Source: a virus. From it: a stretch of DNA of 64,000 bases. Numbering within the stretch: position 1 is the stretch's first letter; each line of letters starts with the position of its first letter. The notes beneath the pieces were generated by a model, which saw only the letters and a program-made list of their open reading frames with translations, ran no database searches and was not told where the DNA came from. This document shows, piece after piece, positions 25,856-36,615 of the stretch. The position numbers were made by a program, and so were the translations under genes. The stretch is taken from positions 134,313 to 198,312 of the IMG/VR virus record IMGVR_UViG_3300032298_001038. The stretch is one strand, 5' to 3'.

Positions 25856-26238
25856 TGCGCTACCGTTTCTGTCGATTCTTTGTCTATGAGTATTGTGTAC
25901 GTTTTGTCGCCGTAGATGATGTTTACGCCTAATCCGTCGACGTCGATGTCATCTTGTTTGCGGCTTATAAACCGGATGAAGTTTCGTACCATGTCGTGAT
26001 TGGTTTTGTTTGCCGTTTCCAGCGTCGACAAAAGTAGCGTCAAACACGGCGCGGCCCATGAGTGGTCTACGCGGCACGAGCAACCCTTTTTTTTGACCTC
26101 TTCTTGATATGCGTCGCGGCATTGCTGAATATCGCCGCGCATAAATTCGAACGCGTGGTTCTTGGCTAGAAACTCGTCCGTGAAAACCGCGCGCGCAAGA
26201 GTGTCATGAGAAAGAGAGAATCGACCTGTAATACCCAT
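25852..26238 (-). CDS. Hypothetical protein (128 aa)
   Basis: Packed between the collagen gene and the Ig-like gene; GCSC motif. Confidence 0.7.
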   Translation of the reverse strand: MGITGRFSLSHDTLARAVFTDEFLAKNHAFEFMRGDIQQCRDAYQEEVKKKGCSCRVDHSWAAPCLTLLLSTLETANKTNHDMVRNFIRFISRKQDDIDVDGLGVNIIYGDKTYTILIDKESTETVAQ

Positions 26239-26242
26239 TTTT

Positions 26243-27193
26243 TTATCCTGTTAGAACGTCGAGTATTGCCGCTCTAAGATTAACATTTGTCTGGATTTCT
26301 GCAATTAAAGCACTCGTAAACGCCGGCGTCATAGCCGACGGTCCGGCCGGCCCCGGCACGCCTGTTGCGCCGGCCGGGCCGGTAGAGCCTGTCGCGCCAA
26401 CTGGGCCTGCAACGCCCGTAGCGCCAAATTCGCCCGGCGGGCCGCAAATGCCTGTTGCGCCAGTGGGGCCTGTCGTGCCTCGTGGGCCAGTAGGGCCTGT
26501 GGCCCCGGTCGGGCCAGTTGGTCCAGCCGGGCCGGCCGGGCCAGTGGGTCCTGTTGCGCCCGTGGGGCCGGTTACTCCCGTCGGACCTCGCGGGCCAGTG
26601 GGACCACGAGGACCTGTAACACCTGTCGCGCCTGTCGGGCCTTTTGGACCGCTCGGGCCTGTCGGCCCTGTTGCCCCCGTTGCGCCTGTTGGCCCTGTCG
26701 CGCCAGTTGCTCCGGTCGGCCCTGTCGCGCCGGTTGCACCTGTCGGACCTGTTGCGCCAGTAGCGCCGCGAGGACCTGTCGGACCTTTTGGACCTGTTGG
26801 GCCTGTAATGCCTGTTGGGCCTGTCACGCCTGTGGGTCCAGTCATGCCTGTGGGTCCAGTCATGCCTGTTGGGCCTTTTGGCCCGGTAGCCCCGCTGGCA
26901 CCAGTCATGCCACGAAGGCCCGTTTGACCTCGCTGCCCCGCTGGGCCAGCCGGGCCGCGTGGCCCTGTTTGACCTCGTTGGCCTTGCGCGCCTTGAGGAC
27001 CCGGAGGCCCGGCGCTTGGCGTATTACCGGCACAGCCGCCGCCTAGGCGCATCAAGACGGAACGCTCTACGCGCACAAACGGCGCGGCATCATCAGCCGG
27101 GACTTGCTGGTTTAAAATAACTATTTCTTCGCCCGGCTGCGGTTTATAGTCCGGCGACAACGGGTCGTTTTGTGGGTTGTTTTCTTCAGCCAT
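26243..27193 (-). CDS. Collagen-like fibre protein
   Basis: 75 uninterrupted Gly-X-Y triplets (mostly GPT/GAT) between short globular ends. Confidence 0.9.
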   Translation of the reverse strand: MAEENNPQNDPLSPDYKPQPGEEIVILNQQVPADDAAPFVRVERSVLMRLGGGCAGNTPSAGPPGPQGAQGQRGQTGPRGPAGPAGQRGQTGLRGMTGASGATGPKGPTGMTGPTGMTGPTGVTGPTGITGPTGPKGPTGPRGATGATGPTGATGATGPTGATGATGPTGATGATGPTGPSGPKGPTGATGVTGPRGPTGPRGPTGVTGPTGATGPTGPAGPAGPTGPTGATGPTGPRGTTGPTGATGICGPPGEFGATGVAGPVGATGSTGPAGATGVPGPAGPSAMTPAFTSALIAEIQTNVNLRAAILDVLTG

Positions 27194-27215
27194 TTTTCAC
27201 CACACTTTTGTCCGC

Positions 27216-27224
27216 ATTATATCA
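27216..27224 (-). promoter_or_regulatory. Extended -10 promoter upstream of the collagen gene
   Basis: Minus strand TGATATAAT (TGn-TATAAT) 22 nt before ATG 27193. Confidence 0.55.
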
Positions 27225-27239
27225 CACTCAAAACGCCGT

Positions 27240-30200
27240 TTAATCCACAATTACCCTAACAGTGTCGTAGGTGACGTACAGTTGATTGTTTATTAACTGC
27301 ACGTCAGTTACGACGGTCATAATCGCTGTTGTCGGTTTTGGTCCTGTGGCGCCTTGTACTCCCGTGGCGCCGCTAGCGCCGGTCATGCCGACGGGACCAG
27401 AAAAGCCTTGTAAGCCTGTTGCACCAGTGGGGCCGACTAAGCCTGTTGCGCCTGTTGGGCCTGACGGCCCGGTCGGGCCTTCTGGTCCCGTTGGTCCCGC
27501 TGGCCCTGTTGGTCCTGTTGGCCCGGAGGCGCCCGTCGGGCCTGTAATACCGGTCGGGCCGGTAATGCCGGTTGGTCCCGTCGCGCCCGTCGCGCCCGTT
27601 ACGCCAGTAGGGCCTGTAGCCCCTTCGGGTCCAGTTGCCCCTGTCACCCCAGTTGTACCGGTCGGACCGTCAACGCCGGTTGGGCCAGTTACACCGGTCG
27701 CGCCGTTGCACCCGCCGCCGCCACCACCGCCGCTCCCGCCGCTACCGCCGCTGCCACCGCTTGCGCCGCTACCGGCGCTGTCGCACGTCGCGGTCTTGAG
27801 ATCGATATCGATGCGATACGTATACCCCTCGCTATCGGAACCCTCACATTTTAGTTTACCTGTACCGAGGTCGCCGTTGTTGACGTAAACATCGCCGCCG
27901 CAAATCGGCCGCAGCACGCCGAAGTTGTAGTAGTACCAAATTTTAAATAGGCAACAATCGTCCGGGTCCTGTTCGATATTGAATTCGAGTTTAGACTCGT
28001 TTTGTATTTGTACAATGCTTCTTGCGTAAAACGGGACAAACGTGCAACGCGAGTAATCAACTTCAAAGCGGATTTTATCGCACGGTTTGTAAACTTTTGT
28101 CTTATTGTATGTCCATATTTTGAATTCGCACGGCTTGTCTGGGATCGCTTCGATGTATATTTCGAAGTAATCGTCGGGAGCCGCCTCATACTCACGGGCG
28201 CACGTGTAGATGTACGGATTTACGACCGAGTCCGCGGTTGAGTACGTAAATTTGTAGTCGCACGGTTTGGGAATGCGGAGTTCGGGAATGATCTCCCAGC
28301 GGCACGGCATACACGGCCCGAGCGGCGGCTTTGGCTCAATTTTGAGTTTGAGCCATGTGTCCGGCGGTGCGGGGCTAACAACGCCGTTTCGATCAACCCA
28401 TTCCAGCGGGAAATTCATTTCGCGTGGCCAGATGTCGACATACTCGCACGGCCAGCGGCTCATGTTGTACTTAATTTCGAGTTCTGGCTTGAACAGCGCT
28501 TGCGCCCCGCGGTCGCAGCAGTTGGCCCACGCGTCAGGTTGAGGCTTGAAATCGAGGCGCAAAGTATCCGGTTGAATACCCAGTTTCGTGTCGCACCAGA
28601 GGAGATCGAACTTTATTTTTTGTGGCTCAAACTTGACCTCTTGAACCAACTTGGGAATTGGGATCGCGATTTTGAGGTCGAACAAGAAGCCGCACACTTC
28701 TTGTGCGTCACCTTGCCCGCAGCAGCCGCCGATCGTGACCGTCTCGACTGTGAACGACGACAAGCCGCCGACGGCGCCGCCACCGCCGCCACCGCCGGCT
28801 GCGCACGCAGGCAAAGGAAAACCCGGGACGCACCCACCACCAAAAAAGAACGGCCGCACATCAAGATTTGTGCCGAATACCGGGCACGCAGGGCGCGGAA
28901 TCGGGACGTTGATTTCTAAATCAATGTCAAAGTTGCACTCGTCTTCGCTGCGTTTTGTGATCGTGAACTTGTTTTCGGTGCTGACGAGGCAATCTGCATA
29001 TTTAGAGTTGACGACAAACGTTGTAATTTCGAAATTAGGACAGGGCGGGACTGGGACGCACAGGTTCAAGTCAATATCGAACGCGCAGCCGTTTGTCTCG
29101 CCGCAATCGCCGGGTGTCTCGCGCGTAGTGATCGTGAACCTATTGCAATTAAATAACTGGTCAACATTTTCTGGCGTGATGTTTTCAATGTAGTTGACGT
29201 TGAACGAATTGACGTTGAGTTCCGGGCAAGGCGGAGGCGGCGGCAGAGGAACCTCGATCGTCAACTCAAAATCAAACGTGCAATTTTCCGGAGTTGTAGA
29301 GTTGCAGTCTTTCGGCCGCGGCGGCCGGCGAGTAACCGTAAACGTACTGCCGCCGCTCGACGGACACTTCTTTGTGTCATACGTCGTTTTGACCTCGAAC
29401 TTCGTGACGTTGATTTCCGGACATGGCGGCCGAGGGATCGGCACAATAATTTCGAGATTGATATCAAAATCGCACTGGTCTGATTCCGTGCAGTCTTCGC
29501 CTTTGGTCACGCGCGGAATGATTTCAAACGTGCTGTTCGACGTGACGCAGTCAGCGTATTGTGTTTTGACTTCGAATTTGCCGACGTTGATGCTGGGGCA
29601 CGGCGGGCGCGGTATTGGGACGTTGATTTCGATTTCAAAATCAAATTCGCAGCGATCGGGCGTACGGCAATCTGTTGACGGTATTTTTCGCTTCGTGATC
29701 TCAAACCGATTGCCGGTATTTGCACACTTATCTTCTTTGTCTTCGTAGTAAGTTTTTACGTCAAAAACCTTGACATTTAACTCCGGACAAGGCGGCTGCG
29801 GGATCGGGATGAAGATTTCTAACTCAATGTCGAAGTCGCACTTATCGCGCTTCTTTGGGTCATCACAGGGCTGCTGTGTGTATTTCCTCGTGACAACAAA
29901 ACGATTTTGTCTGTTGCAGGATGTAGCGAAAAAAGCATTTTCGTAGGCACTATTGACTTCAAATTTAACAATGTTGATTTCAGGGCATGGCGGGCGAGGA
30001 ATCGGAATATAAATTTCAAGGTCGATGTCAAAGTTGCACTCGCCCGTATCTTCGCATTCGCTTGGCGGCCGGTGGTTTTTTCGAATCTCGAAGCGGCTCG
30101 GTGGCGGAGGGCATTCGTCGTTGTAGTTTGCATTGACAGAGAACGTATTGATTTCGATCCTAGGGCACGGCGGCCGCGGAATCGGCACGACGAGTTCTAA

Positions 30201-30695
30201 ATCGAATGTGAACTCGCATGTCCCCGGGTCGTTACAATCAATACCGGCGCGTTTTGACGACGTAATTTGAAATCGATTTTGCCCGTCAGCGATACAGGGT
30301 TGGTCGGAAAACCCTGTTGTGAGTTTCAGTTCTCCAACGCGCATCTCCGGGCAGGGCGGCGGCGGCACAAGCACGTTGATATCTATTTCAGCGTCGAACC
30401 GGCACGTATTGTCTGTCGAGCACTTGTCTACCGTGCGTAGAATTTTGAAGTCAACCCGAGACGGCGGTTTGATTGGGCAACTTTTGCTTTCGTTGTTATA
30501 CGCAACTGCTATTTTGGACGACGTGACAAATTCTGGGCACGGAACTTCTGGCTCACGCGGAATGATAGGTAATTGGCAATCGAATATCGGCGGCGGGGTG
30601 GGCCGGATTTCACAGGACTCGACAAAATCAAAGTCGACCTTCTCGACTTGATCGCCAATGCCACACTTGTTGTTCGAAAAAAAGAAGTCGGTCAT
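27240..30695 (-). CDS. Large Cys/Pro-rich repeat protein with a C-terminal collagen segment (putative fibre or spike)
   Basis: About nine ~60-65 aa repeats (C-x-F-D-x-x-L-E-I-x-I-P-I-P-x-P-P-C-P), Gly-rich linkers and 42 Gly-X-Y triplets. Confidence 0.85.
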   Translation of the reverse strand: MTDFFFSNNKCGIGDQVEKVDFDFVESCEIRPTPPPIFDCQLPIIPREPEVPCPEFVTSSKIAVAYNNESKSCPIKPPSRVDFKILRTVDKCSTDNTCRFDAEIDINVLVPPPPCPEMRVGELKLTTGFSDQPCIADGQNRFQITSSKRAGIDCNDPGTCEFTFDLELVVPIPRPPCPRIEINTFSVNANYNDECPPPPSRFEIRKNHRPPSECEDTGECNFDIDLEIYIPIPRPPCPEINIVKFEVNSAYENAFFATSCNRQNRFVVTRKYTQQPCDDPKKRDKCDFDIELEIFIPIPQPPCPELNVKVFDVKTYYEDKEDKCANTGNRFEITKRKIPSTDCRTPDRCEFDFEIEINVPIPRPPCPSINVGKFEVKTQYADCVTSNSTFEIIPRVTKGEDCTESDQCDFDINLEIIVPIPRPPCPEINVTKFEVKTTYDTKKCPSSGGSTFTVTRRPPRPKDCNSTTPENCTFDFELTIEVPLPPPPPCPELNVNSFNVNYIENITPENVDQLFNCNRFTITTRETPGDCGETNGCAFDIDLNLCVPVPPCPNFEITTFVVNSKYADCLVSTENKFTITKRSEDECNFDIDLEINVPIPRPACPVFGTNLDVRPFFFGGGCVPGFPLPACAAGGGGGGGAVGGLSSFTVETVTIGGCCGQGDAQEVCGFLFDLKIAIPIPKLVQEVKFEPQKIKFDLLWCDTKLGIQPDTLRLDFKPQPDAWANCCDRGAQALFKPELEIKYNMSRWPCEYVDIWPREMNFPLEWVDRNGVVSPAPPDTWLKLKIEPKPPLGPCMPCRWEIIPELRIPKPCDYKFTYSTADSVVNPYIYTCAREYEAAPDDYFEIYIEAIPDKPCEFKIWTYNKTKVYKPCDKIRFEVDYSRCTFVPFYARSIVQIQNESKLEFNIEQDPDDCCLFKIWYYYNFGVLRPICGGDVYVNNGDLGTGKLKCEGSDSEGYTYRIDIDLKTATCDSAGSGASGGSGGSGGSGGGGGGGCNGATGVTGPTGVDGPTGTTGVTGATGPEGATGPTGVTGATGATGPTGITGPTGITGPTGASGPTGPTGPAGPTGPEGPTGPSGPTGATGLVGPTGATGLQGFSGPVGMTGASGATGVQGATGPKPTTAIMTVVTDVQLINNQLYVTYDTVRVIVD

Positions 30696-30707
30696 GTGCG
30701 GCTCGCG

Positions 30708-31628
30708 TTAGCAGTTTCCAGCAATATTTACGTTGGATAAAGATATCTTTAACGTGTTCGGGGTATCGGGGTCGATAGTTATGTCGACACCTGTACCGCC
30801 GGCGATAGTAATGTCAGGTCCTTGTACGCCGTTTATAGACGACACCAGTTCGTCGCACGCAGGGCCGCCGCTAAAGAACTGGCTGCCTTCTGGCGGTTGT
30901 TCGTCTTCGTAAAACGGCACCTCGCTCCCCGCGGCGCACAATTTGCCGTCGGGACGCTCGCCAAAATTTTGCCCAGCACTAATGTTTATTTCGTTTAGCG
31001 CGTCGCGTTGTTGAATGATCGCGTTATAGCCTTCTTTGAAACGAATGTTGCCAGTAACGCAGCGCGAATTAATGATGACGGGACGGGTGACGGTGTTTGC
31101 AGGGTCGCACGCTGACCGCGCTTCCGGTCGCGCCATGTTGCCGACGGTGATGGCGCGCAAATAACTTTTTACGAGACTTTGGATGCGCCCCGGCTCTAGC
31201 ACAAAATTTTGCGTAAGCGGTGCGGTAGCCGGCGCTGGCATTGCAGCAAGTAAGTCTGTAAGCGGGCCGGTCACGAGAAACCCCGACCATGCCGGCTCGA
31301 TTGCGCAACTGTTAACGTCTTTAACGTACGGCTCTGATTCGACGTGCTCAGATTGCCACTCTTCCGCGTCGACGTCTCGGGTAAAAACGAGCGGGTATTC
31401 AGCCGCGCCCGGCGCGTCTGTTTGCAGTTCAAACTCAAACGTGTCACCTACGCGACGGACTTCTGTGAGCCACACGCTGTGGGTCGACGCGTCGAACTCG
31501 CTATCGAGGCCCATGATAATCCCGCAATCAACAACAGCGGAATTAGGCAGTAAATCGGCCTGCCCCACTTTAAAAATAAATGGGTATGCGCGATACTCGT
31601 TATCGTTGTAAAAACCCGGACGAGGCAT
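30708..31628 (-). CDS. Tail/baseplate-region protein, paralog 5 of the YPF/ING family
   Basis: FYNDNEYRAYPF and SINGVQGPD motifs. Confidence 0.8.
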   Translation of the reverse strand: MPRPGFYNDNEYRAYPFIFKVGQADLLPNSAVVDCGIIMGLDSEFDASTHSVWLTEVRRVGDTFEFELQTDAPGAAEYPLVFTRDVDAEEWQSEHVESEPYVKDVNSCAIEPAWSGFLVTGPLTDLLAAMPAPATAPLTQNFVLEPGRIQSLVKSYLRAITVGNMARPEARSACDPANTVTRPVIINSRCVTGNIRFKEGYNAIIQQRDALNEINISAGQNFGERPDGKLCAAGSEVPFYEDEQPPEGSQFFSGGPACDELVSSINGVQGPDITIAGGTGVDITIDPDTPNTLKISLSNVNIAGNC

Positions 31629-31629
31629 G

Positions 31630-32418
31630 TCATACCACCTTTCGGCCCAACGCGTCGATAAAAATTATGCCGTCTTTGTTTGATACACGCAACACAGTGT
31701 CTTCTACTTCAAAGCCTGTCGCGGTCAGCGTAAAATTGCCGTACTCGTCGGGCGGGCAGTTATTAATTGTTTTGACAAAATTTTTCGGTGTAAACCTTTC
31801 AAACGGAATGCACACGAAACGATTGAAGAGCGGCACACCGACAATATCGACGCGAATGATTTGATAACCGTTTTGTTCGCCGACGTGCGTGATGACCACG
31901 CCCGCGTCGCCGATAAGCCACAGATCGCCGGTGGTCAAATTTTCTTCCGCAGTTAGAACGCCTCTCACGCCCGGTTCTTGTGCAGGAATACACACCGACG
32001 AAACAAATTCTGTCGCGGCTGGCTGAAACGTGTATTCGCCCAGACTCCAGCCGGCGAAGAGCACAAGTTTGTCGGCGTTTGCTACAAGCGCCCCCGCAGG
32101 CCGGCCGCGACTATCGGTCAATGTCAGCACGCCGTTTTCCGGCGCCTGAATGGGGTTAGGCACGAACGACGTCGTTGCGCGATTTACAGCGCCCTCGTCG
32201 CCTATCTGTAATGTTATTTTTTGTGGGGCGATCGTGACTTTAGATACGTAAGCCCTGCGACCAGCCCCGATGGCGTATAGCGACGCGTCAAGAAACGTGT
32301 CGCGGGCGATCGCTGTCGTGCCGTCGTCTGCCAGTAGTGTCGCGCTATCGGCAAACGGGTAGCGCGAATCGCTCTGCTCGTCACGAAAATCCGGAAATAG
32401 TATTCTTGCGCCGCTCAT
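31630..32418 (-). CDS. Tail/baseplate-region protein, paralog 4 of the YPF/ING family
   Basis: FRDEQSDSRYPF and TINNCPPDEYGNF motifs. Confidence 0.8.
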   Translation of the reverse strand: MSGARILFPDFRDEQSDSRYPFADSATLLADDGTTAIARDTFLDASLYAIGAGRRAYVSKVTIAPQKITLQIGDEGAVNRATTSFVPNPIQAPENGVLTLTDSRGRPAGALVANADKLVLFAGWSLGEYTFQPAATEFVSSVCIPAQEPGVRGVLTAEENLTTGDLWLIGDAGVVITHVGEQNGYQIIRVDIVGVPLFNRFVCIPFERFTPKNFVKTINNCPPDEYGNFTLTATGFEVEDTVLRVSNKDGIIFIDALGRKVV

Positions 32419-34031
32419 GACACTTGAAACTTGTTAAAGTAGGCTATGCTGTTACTCGTAAATAGTCCGGCGCGACCGTCGACCGCTTCGTAGTCCGCCA
32501 CATTTGTCACTAACGTCGCCACTTGCTGCTCGTCTGTGATGTCGTATAGCGACGCAGTTATTGCCGTCGTCGTGCCGAGTCCCGCGGCAGTTACAGATAT
32601 CCTGTACCAGTGCGTTTGATCGACGGTCACATCTAATTGGCTTTCTTTAATTAACGATGTACCGTTATACCTGTAGATTTGCAAGGCATTGCTGGCTACG
32701 TCGATTATGGCCGCAATGTATTTGGTCTTGCAGCGCCCGTTTTCAGTAACGCGCATATAGTTCACGACGACACCGCCGTTTTGCCGATATCCGCCGCCTG
32801 CGGGATGAACCTCAACTGATATTGTGTGGTTATACGCCCAGTCACTCGCGCAACCGCGATAAAGCGCGATATTCAAAGTTCCGCGGCTCGTCGCTAAATA
32901 AGTGTCGTGCACTGTAAAGCCGGTCGCGGGTGGGCAACAAACGGGCGGCGCAGAATAAGACGCCACGTTAAAAGACCCAGACACAACTTCAAACAACGGC
33001 TCATGACACGGGCTGAATGACACGCAAATCGGCAACGCCGGGCACGGTTCGCTGTTTTCTTCGCAAACTACGTCGCGCGGGTCGAACGGCGGCCAGCAAT
33101 AATAGTCCGTCTTTGTGTAATTCGGGTCGCACGGGCACTTATCGGTCGGCCTGTCTGTCTTTGGCGGGCGAGCACATGACTCTTCTAGACTGCGCGGAGT
33201 TGTGATATCCGCACCGCCGCATTCAGCAAACGTCCTGACTGATAACCCGGAGCCAACGGTGATATTTATGTTGCCGTTTACACAGTCGGGCTGCACGCCG
33301 TTGATGCGCTCAATCGGCGTTTTGGGGCACGTGCCGCTTTCGGGCCGCTGCCCGCATGGTCCAAGAAAATACGTCAGAGGATTGAAGACAATGCTTGGCG
33401 CCTCTGTCGCGAACAAAATAGCCCGGATAGGCTCGTAATTTGTTGTCTGCGTTTGCGGGTCATACTTTGGCAGCCGCTGGTCACTCGGCAGCAGCGTTTC
33501 GTCGATATACGTGGCGGTGACGGGCGGGGCCGCTGTCATGCGCACTAAACCAGATAACGAGGTTCGCAAATCAATTTTGCCAATCGTCGGGACAGGTAGC
33601 GGCCGGTATGGTCTCGCGTTGCGCAAACCAATGTATGTTTGTTCCGGCGTTGAGTAGCGGCCGGAAAAGTCAGTGCTGACACCCGCGCCGAAAACAACCC
33701 AACCGCTGACACCTTCGTGCAGCGCTTCAATCGCGTAGTTGACGTTTGTTGCGACGGGCTTTGATATCGACACCGCCGCGATTGTCGTGTTGTTGTTTGT
33801 GTCGGTCAGCGAGTCCGCGGCACCGAAAACAACGGTCACCAAATTGGGCGAGACTGTAATACCTTGCACGTACAGATACTGCCCAAGCGTTTCTGGAAAC
33901 CGGATGTGGCAATCCACAATGATATCTTCACGAATAAAAGCGCCAGCGTCGTCAACGCCGGTGCTTTTATCGTCAAGCGGATATCGCCGCGACGCTTGCA
34001 GGTTGTACCAATTTTGATTGCGAACCGGCAT
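32415..34031 (-). CDS. Tail/baseplate-region protein, paralog 3, with a C-terminal beta-sandwich (lectin-like) domain
   Basis: WYNLQASRRYPL and RINGVQPD motifs; C-terminal HWYRISV...GRAGLF...AYFNKFQV resembles concanavalin-type folds. Confidence 0.75.
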   Translation of the reverse strand: MPVRNQNWYNLQASRRYPLDDKSTGVDDAGAFIREDIIVDCHIRFPETLGQYLYVQGITVSPNLVTVVFGAADSLTDTNNNTTIAAVSISKPVATNVNYAIEALHEGVSGWVVFGAGVSTDFSGRYSTPEQTYIGLRNARPYRPLPVPTIGKIDLRTSLSGLVRMTAAPPVTATYIDETLLPSDQRLPKYDPQTQTTNYEPIRAILFATEAPSIVFNPLTYFLGPCGQRPESGTCPKTPIERINGVQPDCVNGNINITVGSGLSVRTFAECGGADITTPRSLEESCARPPKTDRPTDKCPCDPNYTKTDYYCWPPFDPRDVVCEENSEPCPALPICVSFSPCHEPLFEVVSGSFNVASYSAPPVCCPPATGFTVHDTYLATSRGTLNIALYRGCASDWAYNHTISVEVHPAGGGYRQNGGVVVNYMRVTENGRCKTKYIAAIIDVASNALQIYRYNGTSLIKESQLDVTVDQTHWYRISVTAAGLGTTTAITASLYDITDEQQVATLVTNVADYEAVDGRAGLFTSNSIAYFNKFQVS

Positions 34032-34044
34032 ACTTTAATCCTCG

Positions 34045-35652
34045 TCAAATAGTTACCGGTATTTCGCAGTCGAGTATTTGGCTGGCTTCAATAACGGCTG
34101 GCGGGTCGGTGGCCTTGCAACCAGCGTTGATTGGGCCATACCTGTCTACACCCGTTAATACGCCGCGAATGGCGTACGGATATTGCGGACAAAAGCAAAG
34201 TCTAAATTGCGCATACACAGATGCGCCGGCGCCGACAGTAGGAAATCGTACCGAGAAAACGGGCCAGCCGCCGCTGACGTCCGCGCCGCCGCTGCGGTTG
34301 TCGGCCACCATCTTTGTATATTTTGTGTCGAGCCGGACGCCTCCGACCGCAGGCGTTGAAGTAAAATTTACAGTAAGTACGACATTTTCTGCGCAGTCGT
34401 CGCAGTGGTTGCAGTAGAACAACACGACGTCCATGCAGGGGCACGGCTGCGGCACAAGCAACAACTCAAACGGGCGACGATTGCGGCAGTCGCGACTTTG
34501 TTCCCAGCGGTCGATGTTGGATTCGTGAAGCGTCTTAATCTCGGTGACGCGGTCGCCGATGTCGCGATAATAAAAACCTAGTTGCGACATGTACTTTGCC
34601 GTGTCGAGATAGTCGGCGCACGCGCAGCACGGGGCGCAATCGGCGCCGACAGCCATGACAGATCGCACAGGTGCGCCGTTCACGTTTTCGTAATTGTGCG
34701 GCGTACTTCCTGTGTATGCCGCAGGCTTTCGTACCCAAAGACAGTCGTTCGCTGTGAGGAAGATGTTGCCAGCGTTGTCCGGTTTGATGCCGTTAATCGT
34801 TTTAATTTCTTCGCCCGTAATTTCTGGGCATATAGGAATTACTTGATCTTCGCCGGGCGGACATACGTTCGTCGGATCGTCTTCTTCGCAAATACCGGTA
34901 GCGCACAAACCGTATTGCCCCGCGCCGCTGCCCGGACTTACGACAAAAGACACGTCAGTGTTTTTTCTTAAATTGACTGTGGCCGTGTCAGCCATAGTGA
35001 TTTCGGTGTTGTGGCCGTTTACAAAACTGACTTTTTCTTTAAACCACGGCGTTATGCAATCTCCGTTTTGTACGCGCATAGCAAGTATGCGTTTTGGAAT
35101 CTTCTCTATCGTCCGCTCGTCGAGCGTTGCGTGCCGCGGGCAATACTGTACTGGGCGCGGCGGCAGTTCGATGTTGTTGTGTACTTTGTCGTACTTGACG
35201 GCGCGGCACACTGCTTCGTTTGGCTTTGTCGTTTTGCGCCACTCGTAAATTGTGTAATAGGCGCCCCACGGTGTTGCCGTGAAGTAGTCGGCAGTTGTAG
35301 AGTCGAAGATGACGCGATCTTCGCTGTCGACAACGAGTAGGTCGGCGGCGTGCGTCGGTGTCGGGATCGCGACGGCTTCTGTCGGTGCAGCACCGTCAGA
35401 CCACGCGTCGCCGGTGCCGAAGCCGTACAGCCAGTGAATGCGCAACGGGTTTTGCGCCACAGGCTGCGAACGGTAATAGCCGACGTCATCGTATGACAGG
35501 TAGAAATCTGCAAATAGATTTTCGACGTCGGCGATAGCGAGTGTTTGTATGCCTGCACCCGGCGATACAAATGGGTAATCTAAACCGCTTTGCGGCTGGA
35601 CTACGCCGATGCCGAGTCCGCCGGCGTCTGGATCAGTAGATTGCCCGCTCAT
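34045..35652 (-). CDS. Tail/baseplate-region Cys-rich protein, paralog 2
   Basis: PQSGLDYPF, TINGIKPDNAGNI and DCAPCCACADY motifs. Confidence 0.8.
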   Translation of the reverse strand: MSGQSTDPDAGGLGIGVVQPQSGLDYPFVSPGAGIQTLAIADVENLFADFYLSYDDVGYYRSQPVAQNPLRIHWLYGFGTGDAWSDGAAPTEAVAIPTPTHAADLLVVDSEDRVIFDSTTADYFTATPWGAYYTIYEWRKTTKPNEAVCRAVKYDKVHNNIELPPRPVQYCPRHATLDERTIEKIPKRILAMRVQNGDCITPWFKEKVSFVNGHNTEITMADTATVNLRKNTDVSFVVSPGSGAGQYGLCATGICEEDDPTNVCPPGEDQVIPICPEITGEEIKTINGIKPDNAGNIFLTANDCLWVRKPAAYTGSTPHNYENVNGAPVRSVMAVGADCAPCCACADYLDTAKYMSQLGFYYRDIGDRVTEIKTLHESNIDRWEQSRDCRNRRPFELLLVPQPCPCMDVVLFYCNHCDDCAENVVLTVNFTSTPAVGGVRLDTKYTKMVADNRSGGADVSGGWPVFSVRFPTVGAGASVYAQFRLCFCPQYPYAIRGVLTGVDRYGPINAGCKATDPPAVIEASQILDCEIPVTI

Positions 35653-35660
35653 GGCGCACC

Positions 35661-36605
35661 TCAGCCTAACCCGCAGCCGCTATCGTTTAACTTACTGCCA
35701 AGTACAACCATAGACATTTGTGAAACTTCAGCGCCAAGACGGCTGACAAAGTTTTGTAATGTCGTAACGCCGCTTGTGAACAATTCGAGTTGCAGGTTTA
35801 ACTCGTCAAGTTCTGAGCAGCCGCAGCATGGTTGCGCGCACGTATCTGATAGCGTAAGGCTGTTGGTGCCCGGGGTGACGTCAACACACGTGTTCGTGAT
35901 AATAGTGAACGTACCGTTATCGCTGCACACGCCGTTGATGCAGCGAATGCACAGGCCGTCTTCGGGCACTGGGCATACGCAATCGGCGTTTAAGTTGGCT
36001 CCGTCAATCGCGTCGAAAATGATCTTGGTGTCTTCTTCGGTGTAGGCTACGCTGAGGCGAATATTGCTGCCGGCGACAAGCGTTACGTCGCCGTAGATGA
36101 AGTCTGTGATTTGCGCGTTGTTCTGTACGCGCAATCTAGATACGCCGCGAATAGCCGGCCGAATGACGTCAGGCTCTAGCGCGCCGCCATCTCGTGTAAA
36201 TGTGTAAAAGCCCGGCGGCAGAATGTTGATCTCGTCAAGATTGCCGATAACAACATGCCCGATAGTGTCGTCAAATGCGTCAATACCGCCGAGCGCATAC
36301 GACCTGTTTGGCGCAAATGACGCACGCGCGATATTTGCGCCGGCTACATCGACCGCGTCGCCCGTCGGCGGGGCGTACCCAACAATGATATTAAAACCTG
36401 TCGGGCTTATGAGCAGGTTTTTTAAAAAGAACCGACCAGCGTCAATTTCGTTGGTTGCGCTGATAGGCAGATACATCGCAACGATAAAGCCGTCGGGCAG
36501 CCGAATGACGCCGCGTGTGTCTGTTTTGGTAGCCCAATCGGTCAGCGGATAAGAGCGCTGCGAGTTGTGGTTGAGCCATTGTAAATTCCAATTTCCAATC
36601 GGCAT
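35661..36605 (-). CDS. Tail/baseplate-region Cys-rich protein, paralog 1
   Basis: WLNHNSQRSYPL, CINGVCSDNG and CAQPCCGCSEL motifs. Confidence 0.8.
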   Translation of the reverse strand: MPIGNWNLQWLNHNSQRSYPLTDWATKTDTRGVIRLPDGFIVAMYLPISATNEIDAGRFFLKNLLISPTGFNIIVGYAPPTGDAVDVAGANIARASFAPNRSYALGGIDAFDDTIGHVVIGNLDEINILPPGFYTFTRDGGALEPDVIRPAIRGVSRLRVQNNAQITDFIYGDVTLVAGSNIRLSVAYTEEDTKIIFDAIDGANLNADCVCPVPEDGLCIRCINGVCSDNGTFTIITNTCVDVTPGTNSLTLSDTCAQPCCGCSELDELNLQLELFTSGVTTLQNFVSRLGAEVSQMSMVVLGSKLNDSGCGLG

Positions 36606-36615
36606 GGCTCACCTA

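Noticed and set aside
26448-27888. Plus-strand PVGPV-repeat ORFs
   Set aside because: Antisense reading of the collagen Gly-X-Y codons
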